A stretch of 63,998 nt of DNA, the filler included, from Dimargaris cristalligena (Eukaryota): assembly GCA_003614675.1 (NCBI GenBank). It is 5 parts of 5 records of this genome, joined end to end, with 100 filler letters (N's around TTAATTAATTAA, not from the genome) between each part and the next. Parts side by side here need not be neighbours in the genome. Positions count along the whole stretch, not along the records: positions 1 to 12,953 come from ML003012.1; positions 13,054 to 26,004 come from ML003013.1; 3 more parts are not named here. The stretch is one strand, 5' to 3'. The notes under the pieces are model-generated. The model did no database searches. It saw nothing but the letters and a program-made list of their open reading frames with translations, and was not told the DNA's origin. A program made the position numbers and the translations under genes. Of this stretch, positions 12,301 through 22,765 are shown in pieces. Position 1 is the stretch's first letter. The number at the start of each line of letters is the position of its first letter.

Positions 12301-12953
12301 GGTGGAAGTGGTGGGGAGACGCTCGCAGAAGTAGAGGGAAGGGGTGGGGAGCCCGCGGCAGTGACCACCGGGGCAGGTGTCACTGGAGTCGCTACTACAG
12401 GAGCAGCCGTCACTACGGCAGCCGGTGTAGGGGTCAAATCGGTCTCAGCGGAAGCCGGTGGCTTGCCGACGCGCGGGCGCTTTAGGACAGGCTGGTGTAA
12501 TTTACCGTAGTCCTCTAAGGATAAAAGCCGACGACTGTCGATAGGCACCCATTCGGGAGGCCAGCCGAGCTCCGGTTCGAATTCAGCCTTGACCCGACCG
12601 TCGCTTACCAGCGTTAGCTGGGCCTGGTACCATTGCTGACCGCCCCGACGCACCATAACCTGCTGCATGGGTTTGAATTGGTGAAACTCTTCCACAAACC
12701 CCGTGGAATGCTCGGCCAGCCTTTTGAGGACGCTGCGGGTTAGGAATGCACCCGTGGAGACGAACGCGGAGGCCCCCGGGGTGGCGGACCCAGTCGGCAG
12801 GGTACGTCGGCCCCTTTTCCCTGACGCGGCGGGGGTCGCACCAGGGGTTGTGGTGGTCGACAGTCGGGACCGGGTGACCATTGGTGGTTTGACCAAGGGG
12901 GGGGGGAAGTGGCAGGGGAGGGCCACGGCTTCGGGGGAGAAGAGAAATGTGAC
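6400..12953 (-). CDS. Multidomain chromatin-reader DNA amino-methyltransferase (N6_N4_Mtase-like), 5'-truncated by the contig end and interrupted by an internal 400-bp inversion
   Basis: Exons reconstructed with GT-AG sites and consistent phase: 12953-10119 (after re-inverting 11621-12020), 9937-9778, 9529-8136, 7880-6663, 6450-6400 (AYYLIFRKVKRLVPPQ*); at least 1885 aa. Domains in order: Tudor-like (WYQAQL...EWVPIDSRRL), second Tudor-like, ZZ (CNCC...FYCTYC...ELCVYC), ePHD (CAFC...WAHDACARYSPEV...KCIRCREKGATIGC...YHFGC...FWCPQH), ZZ (CDRC...CSLC...YDLCYSC), GATA-like (CSYC...WRRGFGGMLMCKDC), MTase motif I (SNFLGRGT) and motif IV (SHPPY). Confidence 0.88.
11621..12020 (+). other. Inverted 400-bp coding segment of the methyltransferase gene (encodes the second Tudor-like domain)
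   Basis: Plus strand reads FESAADYRLCFTPGAYLRVRDHNRQWSNAQVESVHGDYITIHNAGFSLATKERIPLNSPRLR...SVSPNVPQ with no stop. Re-inversion joins ...ASRTG|FESAADY... and ...NVPQ|MEKLQWELK... in frame. Confidence 0.9.
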
Positions 12954-13053
12954 NNNNNNNNNNNNNNNNNNNNNNNNNNNNNNNNNNNNNNNNNNNNTTA
13001 ATTAATTAANNNNNNNNNNNNNNNNNNNNNNNNNNNNNNNNNNNNNNNNNNNN
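12954..13053. other. Artificial contig linker (N44-TTAATTAATTAA-N44)
   Basis: Identical 100-nt linker with stops in all six frames, seen four times in the window. Confidence 0.97.
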
Positions 13054-16000
13054 ATGACCTGATGGCCCCGGCGGATCAGGTCCGCCGCAATTTGGTAGCA
13101 GCATCGGTATAGCTTTTCCCCCATTTTGGCGTGACGAACTAGTTGGCCGAGCTCACCGGGCTCCATATCCCGCATGGCCGCAATGGATTTGGCATGCCCC
13201 ACTTTCTCCAACTTCTGGATCGTTTCGTACGGGAGGATGGGAGAAAACTGCGCGAGTGGGTGTTCAAAGGGCCACATTTGCTTTTCGACACATTGGTTGA
13301 GGGCCAGCAGGACGGCCGCTGTGGGGCCCCAGCCGCGGTTGACGGCAATCTCGAATAGAGCCCGAAGCACTCGGCTCGCGTTTTGGCGCACATAGGCCAT
13401 CTCGGATATTAAGGCGAAGTCCTGGACGCTGGCCCGACTGATCGCGGCCTGGAGCAGAATGTTGACTTTGCCGTAACTGGTATCCGCTCCCCCCTTGACC
13501 GCGCAGTAGCATTCGTGGTGGAGGAGGACGTCCAGTTCCTTGGCCTCTACTTCGCGGACCTTAATCTGAGAAAATTCGGAACTCAGACTCAGGAGGGCTA
13601 GAGAGTCGGCCTCAGTCATACGGGGGCGTAGGAACTGGTTAATGGTTTCGACGGTGGCGTGCTGAATATAATAGGCCGACGCGATACGACCTAAATCCTT
13701 GGGGGCCAAGTACCCCGTCTCCGAATGGAACAGAACCATCTGCAGGCGGTGGAGGAGTTTGGCGGACTGAGTCACCAGGTCCACCCGCCGCTTACCGAGC
13801 AGGGGGTCCTGCAATACCTCGGCGAGCGACATGCCGTAGGCCAGAGGGTTTTTACGCATCCGGACGTAAAGAAAGGTGTAACTCAGCCAAACCACGGCTT
13901 CATCCACGTTGGTTACCGTACCCAAGGCCACTTCGGCGTTCAGGTTGTCAGCCAGATTCCGGGCGAAACAAGACTCGATGGGATGTTGTTGGGTGATGGC
14001 CCCCACGTAATGGGCCAGCCGGTCGTGGGTGGTCAAAATATGGCCCACACCCTGACTTTCATACTGGGGCCGACCGGCTCGACCGAAAATCTGTAAAACG
14101 TCCAAGATGGACAAGTCGGTGAATTTACCCTTCTCGGCATCATAGACCTGGGTGCCTTTAATGATGACCGCATACGCGGGGAGATTGACCCCCCAGGCCA
14201 GGGTAGCGGTACAGCAAAGGACCCGCACCAACCCTTCGGCAAACAGTTTCTCGACCAAATTGCGGTCCGAGCGCAGCATACCCGCGTGGTGGATAGCAAA
14301 CCCGAATGAAAACAATTCACGTAATTCACGGTTATTCGATTTGCCAACCTCCTTCTGGTAAAGGCCAAACTGGGGGTGATCAACGGCCTCAAAGTCGGTG
14401 ATAGTGCCTTCTTCCGTGGCCTTGTTCCGCAGGTATTGCGCGGTTTTAACGGTTTCCTTACGCGCATGTACAAACACCATGACCTGATGGCCCTGGCGGA
14501 TCAGGTCCGCCGCAATTTGGTAGCAGCACCGGTTTAGGTTATTGTTCGAGGTGGGGGAATTGGGTTTTCCCTTGACCCCCAGGAAGCGCTGTTCCAGTGG
14601 TACGGGCCGGAACCCGCCATCGAAGAAAAAGAGGCCTTCGTGGAGGTTGACCCGGAGAAACTGGGCCACGTCCAGGAAATTAGGCAGGGTGGCGGAAAGG
14701 CCGACAATACGGATCATAGATTGACTGGTTTCCACCTGCCGTAAGGTTCGGGCCACGATACTCTCAATCACCGAACCACGGTCTTCGTGCAGAAGGTGTA
14801 CTTCGTCGATGATGAGCAGCCGCACTTTCTTGACCAGATCTCCGTCGCCGGTTCCCTTGCGGGTAACCACGTCCCACTTTTCGGGGGTGGTGACAATCAC
14901 TTGGGTGGCGCTGACCTCAGCCTTGGTGAGCTGCATGTCGCCGGTAAATTCGCGTACTTGGATACCCAGCCACTTCAGCCGGCGGCCCATCTTCTGTACA
15001 ATTTCGGCCGCAAGAGCCTTCATAGGAGCAACGTAAACGATTTTCATGGCTTCCCGGTCCACTACGAAGGGGTGGGACGTTGGGGCGGGTTTCTTGCTGG
15101 TATTGGGCCCTTTAGTCTGTGGCTTGGGCTGAGGGTAATCGGCTGGATTGACCGTCCATGGTTTCGGCTCGCAGAATAGCGAGATGGTGCGAAGCATGGT
15201 GAGCATAGCTACATCGGTTTTACCCTGAATTAGGAGAATGGCATAGCGGGATATAAGGGCATACATTAGGCCGATTCATGCAAGGTAGAAAGCAGGAATA
15301 GGTCCATAAAAGCGAAAAGGGTATAGGTCGGTATTAGCGGAGAGTAGGGTGGGAGTTGGCCCGGCAATAAGTGACAGGGTTTGTTGGGTAATCACTATAC
15401 TAATGGGTTGATGGATAAGAGTCGGTAGTTAACTTACCGCACCAGTGGGCGCGCACACCAGCATGTTTTCATTCGACTGGTACGCTGTAGGGTATACAAT
15501 CGATTGGATACGATTGAGAGATTTATAGCCGCGGAAAGTGAGTTGGCAGAGGAGATCCATATCCCCCATTTCAATGGGTTTCTCGGTCGGAAGATCGGGG
15601 GCCCGGTTACTGACGGGAATGACAATCTCCTCGTAGTCCGGATAGTCCTGACGGGTAGTGCCCTCGGGTAAGGCGAATTTGTCACCGTAAATGGATATGG
15701 CATTGCCGCCCCGGTGGGCTTGGTAGACATGCGGGTACTCGTTGGCGTGATAGACGGACTAATGGATATTATTCCGATTAGGTATCCGTAGGACGATTAA
15801 GAGATTCGAATAGTGTGCACAGATGGAGTGGGGAAAGAGGTTTGTGGGACAGGTTAGGTTGTGCCTTTTTTAACCGGTAAAATAAACCGGTGCCTCGTAC
15901 GATAGGGGAGTACTCAGTCCAGCGAGAACTAAACTAGAGTGTTTCCCTTCGACTAGCAGCCAAACAACCGCCCCTACACTAGGGATATAGAGAAGCCAAT

Positions 16001-16523
16001 TGGGGTAGCGACGGCTATTCGGCTACGAGGGTATTATAGCTAATAGGAGCCAGTCTATATTATGCTATGAAGTAATCGTTGGTCTGGTGTAATTAATACC
16101 ACACTTACCTGAGGTTTAAGGGGGCCTCCTGAACCGCCTTTCTTCAGGGCCTTTACCCGGGCTTTGCGTAATCGCAGACCTTCGGGCTGTTTTTCTAATG
16201 CAGTGGAATGGGTTGTATCGAGGTGGGGTAATCGGCAATAACTTCTTGGGATTAGCTGGCAGTTTCACCCAATCGAATTCGACCTAACCAATGGGTAGGT
16301 AACTGGACTATCAGCCCATCGCTATGCTAAGCACCAGTCGGAGCCTGTTTAATTTTTTAATAGGGGACTCACCTTCACTTCGACGATTCTTGGACCGACG
16401 ATTGGTCGTTGTCGGAATGGTGGACAAGCGCTGAACATCACGAAGGGTAACATAATCCCTGGGGGGCTGCGTGAGCGCGGCCACGGGGTCGTAGTAGTTG
16501 GCCAGCAGTGTCGAATGATCCAT
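13054..16523 (-). CDS. SLH1: Ski2-like DExH helicase, Slh1/Rqt2/ASCC3 family; 3'-truncated at the contig end
   Basis: Exons about 16523-16373 and 16194-16109 (both tentative), 15758-15438, 15224-13054. Motifs NMLVCAPTGA|GKTDVAML, YVAPMKALA, TTPEKWDVVTRK, IIDEVHLL, SATLPN, HHAGMLRSDR, QIFGRAGRPQY, then winged-helix and Sec63 region (KVNILLQA). GKTDVAML and GMLRSDRNL fit ASCC3/Slh1 better than Brr2. Confidence 0.9.
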
Positions 16524-17713
16524 GTGTCAATTGGGGGGTGGGTAGTCTAGGGGAATGTTACTTTGGGATTGGATGGAAATAGTAGGTATCGAAATATATA
16601 TATATATATTTAAATCTAAATAGCTTCAAAATAGTATACGGGCAACAAAAAGTGGTGAGGGGGTGTACTATAGAGTATAGCTGTTCATTGCAAAGTTGCA
16701 CGCAGTCGTTTCCGCTTCTCTCACCTCCAGCGGGGAATGGGAATGCCGTTTTGCTTGTGGTAAGACAATAAAATGGTCGGACTGCGGCGGATACATGCTG
16801 ACGTGGCGCAGTAGCAGCCATTCATCCTTAGCACCTTGCATCTCCGCGGATATAAACGGTGATTCTTAACTTCCATGAGTTTATCAGGAAGGACTCACTA
16901 TACCATACCAATGATCTGAGTAAACAGGGGCTATATACTTCCATGGTTAAACAGCTGAAGCAAACGCCAGTGCCGACTACGGTTTGGATAGCCCGTCGTA
17001 TCAAGGCAGCTCGTTGAGCCTGGAGTAGAGTACAACCAGGTCCCCAGGCAGCCTCAGGAGGCAAAACTACTCGAGAAAGTTTGCAAAATAAAGGTGCACT
17101 TACCTGGTTGCTTTGTGGGAATCAGCGTGTATTTTCTAAACTCAGCTGGCTTGACATTAATTTGGAGCACCGATAACTTCAGGTTGACCCACCAGACAGC
17201 CGTGTTCGAAGCCTATAATCTGTGGCAAAGATTAGTTGTATTAGAATGTGTGGGCTGGATCATTGAACAAGGCGAGGCCTCAGATATTAGTTTTATTTAG
17301 CGGGGTAACAACCGTGGCCACACTTAGCCGGACTAATAAGGGAATGCCTGGGAGGGCTGAAGCGATGGTGATACACCCCATGACTCATGATTACTCTAAT
17401 GGACAGAGGCGTGATGGAACAATCCCTCAACTAGCCAAAAAAATAGCAACCTGATTATTATAGTGTACATGGGTGTAAACCCTGGCTAGAGTATTGAAAC
17501 TTGACGAGTGCCTAGTGGCAAGATTCTATGTTAATTAGTGTTATATATAGGGTAGGGTTAGCCTGACGGCCATTTTGATTTAAATACTGAAGATATTACT
17601 AAAGAGAAGAACAGACACGGATACAAACAACATAAACAACATCAAGTTGCGGCTACTTTGTACATACACAAAAGATTAAGAAAAGTTTTAGTGAAAATGG
17701 CACCCATTTCCCC

Positions 17714-20194
17714 TTATTGGGAATGCGGTGGCGGGGGATTATGTTTAGCACAATAGACCAGCTGGTTTTCAAGGTCCAATTGGGGGGTAATCCGCTTTGC
17801 AGGGTCGCCAACATCTGATGAAGGACACGCAGTGGTCAAAGAGGCAACCAGCAGCAAGCATGACACATGGAAAGGAACACAGCAGCGCTTCTCAGCACAT
17901 TGTACACAGGCGCCATCCTTGCTTTTACAAATAAAGCACTTCAAGCCCCAGCGGGCTTTGGGGATGAGCTCGTAACCAGCGGTCAGGGCATATGGCCGTT
18001 CAAAGGAATGCGGGGACTGAACTGGGCCAGAAGGAACCGGCAGTCCAAAAGCGGCAGCGTAAATATCCGACCGCGATATGGTGGACTCCCCATCCACCAC
18101 CTCGGCGTTTTCCGCGTTTAGAGGGAACGGAAATTGGTCAGTAAGCTGTTCCGTTTCGGGTATCCAACGCACACACATGGGGTGGGCAAACCGTAGGTAA
18201 GTGGCCCGCTCGTTGGGTGGGGCCTGCCGTAGTAGCCGCAGTAGGTCGAGTGTATAGTGAGAGCGTCGCATGCGGCGGAGTTTGCGTAGGGTCTCCAGGG
18301 GGCTGATCAGGCAAAGTGCCCCATTGGACACGCGACATAGCGCGCAGCGAAGCTCCTGTGCGCCTACGTGGCAACGTAAACACCGCCAGGGATCCGCAGT
18401 CCCAGTGACCGCCGAGGGTTCGCAGGTTGGATGAATTCGTAGCCGGCAGTTTTCCCCACTACATTCCACCACCGAGTCTTGGGTTGCCAAAGTTGCCCAG
18501 CAGATCCCACAACGATCCGACTGGTTAACGAAAGTGGCCACACAGGCAGGGGAGGACGGTAGGGCGTAGTATTTGGTCAGTGCCTGACAGGTCAAGGGCA
18601 AACCATCAGCTGGGACGGAGGTGGTCCGGGATTTGACGGGCTGGGGGGCCAAGGCCTGGGTCAAGTCCTGGTGGGCCTGGCTCAGCGGGCGTTTCTTGGC
18701 TTTGGTCGGGGTTAATTGAGGACTGCTGTTTTCCAAGGCCCAGCGTTCTGTTAGGCCGTTATAGTCCCCCCGACGTTGCTCCCGCCAGTAGTCAGTGTCA
18801 CCCAAATTATCCGGGTAAAACTCTTCGACGGCGATACGCACACTATCGCCGATGCATTTGCAGGGTGCCGCCTTCTTACCCAAGGGTACCCATGAAGGCA
18901 GGGCGAAGTTGACCGATTCGGCACAATTGAACCCTTGGTTGAAGCCGGCGTGGTAGCCATTGGGAAAGGTAATGATGAATTCGCCCTGGGTCTGGACCAG
19001 TCGGTGGACCGGAATGTCGTACTGGGACTTTAGGATACTCGGAGAGACCAGGAAGGCCTTGTGGCGCAAAAACTCGGAACAGGTGCGGGCATCTTCCGGG
19101 AATATACTCTGCATGGCCCGTTCAAAGCGGGCCCGGTGGGCAGGGGGGATGCAGTACCAACTCTTGGGCTGCCCGAAGTGCAGGAAGTTGATGGAGTACA
19201 GGTCCATGTCCTCGACATGCCATGCGAAGGTCGATTTCCACATGCCTAGGTAAAGGTAGGGCTGGTTGACGCCAGGCATGGGGATATTAATGCGATTGAG
19301 AACGGTACCCAGGTCCTGGGGGTTCCAGGTGGGGAACACCGGGGGAGGGGGGAACAGGGTGCCGGGGATATCGGCCCCGTAGAGGGGCGGACCAAAGGAT
19401 AGGTTACGCCAATAGTTGCGATCGAGGTCGTTGAAGTAATCGACGAGCTTGGGCTGCTGGGCGGGGGACATGTGGTCCATGGAGTCGGCATCATCACTGC
19501 CCTGGAGCGGTAATGACGGTATGGATAACTGGCGAGCGGTGGTGTAGGCTAGCTGGCGATCGAAGTCGATAAACACGCCCGCTGGTGGGGCGGAGGCGGG
19601 GGAGTCGGTTACGGAGGTAGGCTGGGCCAGAGGGGGCGATTTAGGCGGGGTATGGCGGGCTTCGACGCATAGATCATAGAAACGGGATAAACTGACTTTA
19701 CGGTGGTTCTCGACGTTGTACTGTTTGTAGATGCCCTTGGAACCCTCAAAGTGCTGCACTAAGGGGCGCATGGGCGGAAAGTCGTCACTGGCCAAGAAGA
19801 TACGCTGGGTGGGAGCGGAGCTGACTGTTGGTTCCGCTTTAAGACCCCGCTCCTGGACCTGGTGATGGTGTAGCTCTTGCAACCATTCGGGCGGGGGGAT
19901 GATTTTACAGAGCCCCGCCCGCCGGGCGTACGGTTCCGCAGCGGCAATGAAGCGGGAAAAGTCCCGGAACTGGAGGGGCGTGGGACGGAACACAGGGGCC
20001 AGAGTGTGGCCATAGTAGTGGTCCGGTTCGAGTGTGGCGAGAGCGGCATCAATGGCGGCGTCAAGGTCGGAGTCCGTGGTGGGGTCTTGGTAAAAGACTT
20101 CAGGTGCCTGCCCGTGGGCAGCCGCTCCCGTGGCAGGGGGACCCCCGGCGGTAGGTAGGGGAGAATGGGCGGGGAGGGCTTGCTGTGCGATCAT
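17714..20194 (-). CDS. KDM4: JmjN/JmjC histone demethylase of the KDM4/Rph1 family with C-terminal PHD and ePHD fingers
   Basis: JmjN (APVFRPT...FRDFSRFI...GLCKIIPPPEW), JmjC with intact iron ligands (FAWHVEDMDLYSINFLH; GYHAGFNQGFNCAESVNF), and C-terminal Cys/His fingers (CGIC...HPTC...CLRC; CALC...HPMC...CFIC...CVQC...FHVSC...YCAKH). First ATG at 20194; the frame is open to at least 20302. Confidence 0.92.
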   Translation of the reverse strand: MIAQQALPAHSPLPTAGGPPATGAAAHGQAPEVFYQDPTTDSDLDAAIDAALATLEPDHYYGHTLAPVFRPTPLQFRDFSRFIAAAEPYARRAGLCKIIPPPEWLQELHHHQVQERGLKAEPTVSSAPTQRIFLASDDFPPMRPLVQHFEGSKGIYKQYNVENHRKVSLSRFYDLCVEARHTPPKSPPLAQPTSVTDSPASAPPAGVFIDFDRQLAYTTARQLSIPSLPLQGSDDADSMDHMSPAQQPKLVDYFNDLDRNYWRNLSFGPPLYGADIPGTLFPPPPVFPTWNPQDLGTVLNRINIPMPGVNQPYLYLGMWKSTFAWHVEDMDLYSINFLHFGQPKSWYCIPPAHRARFERAMQSIFPEDARTCSEFLRHKAFLVSPSILKSQYDIPVHRLVQTQGEFIITFPNGYHAGFNQGFNCAESVNFALPSWVPLGKKAAPCKCIGDSVRIAVEEFYPDNLGDTDYWREQRRGDYNGLTERWALENSSPQLTPTKAKKRPLSQAHQDLTQALAPQPVKSRTTSVPADGLPLTCQALTKYYALPSSPACVATFVNQSDRCGICWATLATQDSVVECSGENCRLRIHPTCEPSAVTGTADPWRCLRCHVGAQELRCALCRVSNGALCLISPLETLRKLRRMRRSHYTLDLLRLLRQAPPNERATYLRFAHPMCVRWIPETEQLTDQFPFPLNAENAEVVDGESTISRSDIYAAAFGLPVPSGPVQSPHSFERPYALTAGYELIPKARWGLKCFICKSKDGACVQCAEKRCCVPFHVSCLLLVASLTTACPSSDVGDPAKRITPQLDLENQLVYCAKHNPPPPHSQ

Positions 20195-20832
20195 GGGCTG
20201 GTTGGTAGTGGTAGTAGTACGAGCCACAACACCCACGCGGACGGTGCGGGGGCTTAGGGAGTTGGAGGAACGACGAAAAGGGATTGGCTGAGGGACCACC
20301 ACACGGAGGGTGTGTTTAGGGGGGGTTTAAGTAGGAGACGGACCGTGTGCTAACACTGACTGTGGCCAGCGAGGAAGAGTCAGTAGTATATTAATAAGGA
20401 AAATCGATAGGATACAGAAGGGATAGTAGGGCAGAGGCTACCCAAGAACTCTGGCGTTTTTTCTGGGAATGGATCAGTTGGCGAAAGGAATGAGTATAGA
20501 ACGGGCTAAATCCGCTGATTGTAAAGAGCAGTAGCGAAGAAAGTAGAGGTGGAATAGTAATGAGTGTGGAACCGAGAGGAAGGGGCTTCTTATACATGCG
20601 AGAAACGGCCTTTTTACCCACCCTCCTGTATGCATCCTAGAAGAAAACGTGGATTCGCCTGTGCTGAAGCCGCAGCTCTAACGAACAGATTCCCCGTTCG
20701 GTTCCGAATGTTACCCGATCACCACCAGGTCCCTGACGCAACCCCCGCCGGCACTAAGTAGATGGGGAGTTTGGACACCCCAGTCGTTGTTATCTTACAC
20801 ATCCCTCATTTAAAAACTGGAGCTTGTTCCTA

Positions 20833-22230
20833 ATGGCCCCTCGAGTTAATACAAAGTGGATCGGCCGCCGCCACCGCCGCGGTTTGCCCCAGCCAGCCAA
20901 CCCACCCCTCACCGACCCCCGTCTGGTTAGCCTCCGAAACGCCCTTGTCGCCGATCCCAACGCCCATGTCCTAGCCGGCCCCATTCGGGAATGCCATCTT
21001 ACCCGCCGCCACCTCCCAGCGGGATTCTTGGCGCGTTTCCGGCTTGCGCAGAATGTCCCACCGCCCCCAGACCGTACTGGAAACGACCCCGCCACCTGCT
21101 TGAACACCCCACCTGCCAGTATTATTGAAGATAGCGGCCCCATTTGGCTAGCCTTTCAGAGTCCCTTGACACCTACCAAGAATGGCCGATCGATTTACAC
21201 CCTAACTCACGTTAATTTTATACGGGAAATGAAGTCCAAGGTGATTAAACCCATGACGACGCCCTGCTACACCCGCTCCGACTTACCCAACTATGTATTC
21301 CGCATGTTGAGCCTACAACTAGTGGCCCAGCTTACTTGGTTCTGGCAGGCCAGGCAATGTAACTTCCGCCGACTGTCTTCGACGGACTCGAGCAATAGTC
21401 CATCGCCAGCGACCTCTGGGCCACCTTCAACCACACCTGCCAGAATGCCAGCCCCTCCCATATCCACCGAGCCAGCTCCAGCTCCAACATATCTAGTGAC
21501 CCCGCGGTCATTCTCGAAGAAATGGGTCCCCCAAGAGCTCCTATACGCAAAGCACCCTGCTGTATACTGGCTTCGACACCCGCCTACCGAAACCCCGGCG
21601 ACTATAACGACTGCCGAGTGGGACGCCCCTTCTTCGGCCATGCGGCTGCAGTGCGTGTTGGCATTCCCTAGCGAATATCTGCAACCTGAATCAGAAATCA
21701 CCTCTACAATCGATACTATCTCACCCACTCAACCGTCGACTCCTAATCCAGTCGATGCCTCTAATAACACACATAGCTCTTTTCCACTCCCCGAGTCGTT
21801 TTTATCCGACTACAAATCCTGCTTAGTGCCCAAACCAAATGCCCCTAATGTCTACCTGGGGGATATTGCGATAAGCACCGCCCGACCACAGGCCTCCGCC
21901 GACCTTCATCCGAAGGGTGGTAGTCTTCCATTGGTACCCATACCCTGCTATAACACCGCCTCTCTCTTCGCCCCCCCTTTGCTGCAACAGTGCTTGGCCA
22001 TGCTATTGGATCTAACTTATCTACCCCAGACGACAGATCCACCATCTGCCAATTGCCTCTGGGACCGGGACGCTCTTGCCGCCGTGGGCCTACATGTTGC
22101 GCAGCCCGCCGGCATGAAGGGCGAGACACCCTTGGTGCTTCTGGGCGTGTTAGCCACTCCCTGGACCGCTCAAATATGCTCCACCCTACTCCGGATCCGC
22201 CATTATTACCATGGAAATGTGGGAAGGTAG
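20833..22230 (+). CDS. Hypothetical protein, possibly Rrg8-like (mitochondrial)
   Basis: 465-aa ORF with a basic N-terminus. PNAHVLAGPIRECHLTRRHLPAGFL resembles a motif I associate with fungal Rrg8-like proteins. The product call is tentative. Confidence 0.55.
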   Translation: MAPRVNTKWIGRRHRRGLPQPANPPLTDPRLVSLRNALVADPNAHVLAGPIRECHLTRRHLPAGFLARFRLAQNVPPPPDRTGNDPATCLNTPPASIIEDSGPIWLAFQSPLTPTKNGRSIYTLTHVNFIREMKSKVIKPMTTPCYTRSDLPNYVFRMLSLQLVAQLTWFWQARQCNFRRLSSTDSSNSPSPATSGPPSTTPARMPAPPISTEPAPAPTYLVTPRSFSKKWVPQELLYAKHPAVYWLRHPPTETPATITTAEWDAPSSAMRLQCVLAFPSEYLQPESEITSTIDTISPTQPSTPNPVDASNNTHSSFPLPESFLSDYKSCLVPKPNAPNVYLGDIAISTARPQASADLHPKGGSLPLVPIPCYNTASLFAPPLLQQCLAMLLDLTYLPQTTDPPSANCLWDRDALAAVGLHVAQPAGMKGETPLVLLGVLATPWTAQICSTLLRIRHYYHGNVGR

Positions 22231-22765
22231 TGAGTGCCCGGAACAGCAGCACTCTCGACACGATCGGACTGCGTTCTTACCCTATATTAGTTTAATAAAT
22301 CGTGCAGATGGTTCATTTGGCCGATCGATCAAGATATAGATAGGCAGTTCATGTTGGGAGCCTAATTAGGGACGTTGGCATTCTTCCTATAGCATTTTAC
22401 CATAATTCCAAAAGTCCCTGGGGCCAGCATGTTTACGCAAACACGGTTTTATTAAATAATGAATTAATTGGGGGGTCACAATAATTCGCGGAAGCTGTTG
22501 GGGCTAGCACTGCTCCGAGCTTCGGCTTTAACTGGCTGTTTGCTGTAAACCACCAATAGAAGGAACCACCAACTGGGAGGATCCAAAGAGAGAGAGGTGG
22601 CCCATTCGTCTTGCTTACTTACTACCCATCCTGTGCCCTTGCTTCATGAACTGAACCGTCTCCCAGTGGGGTTACATTTGTATGTTTTTTTAGAGGCACC
22701 TTCTTTCTTCTTCGCATTGACAGCCGGCTTGGATCTCCCTGACCTCTCCCCCGTTGTTTCCCAGA

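Noticed and set aside
12998-13009. TTAATTAATTAA palindrome recurring about every 13 kb
   Set aside because: It is embedded in Ns and is a six-frame stop linker, not biological periodicity.
15434-15730. 98-aa minus-strand ORF as a separate gene, or a frameshift in the helicase
   Set aside because: It is an alternative frame of helicase exon 15758-15438, whose correct frame (YPHVY...LNRIQS...APTGA) is uninterrupted.
6400-20194. Apparent epigenetic cluster of DNA MTase, ASCC3-like helicase and KDM4 demethylase
   Set aside because: The MTase is separated from the other two by an artificial linker between unrelated contigs, so the adjacency is not synteny.
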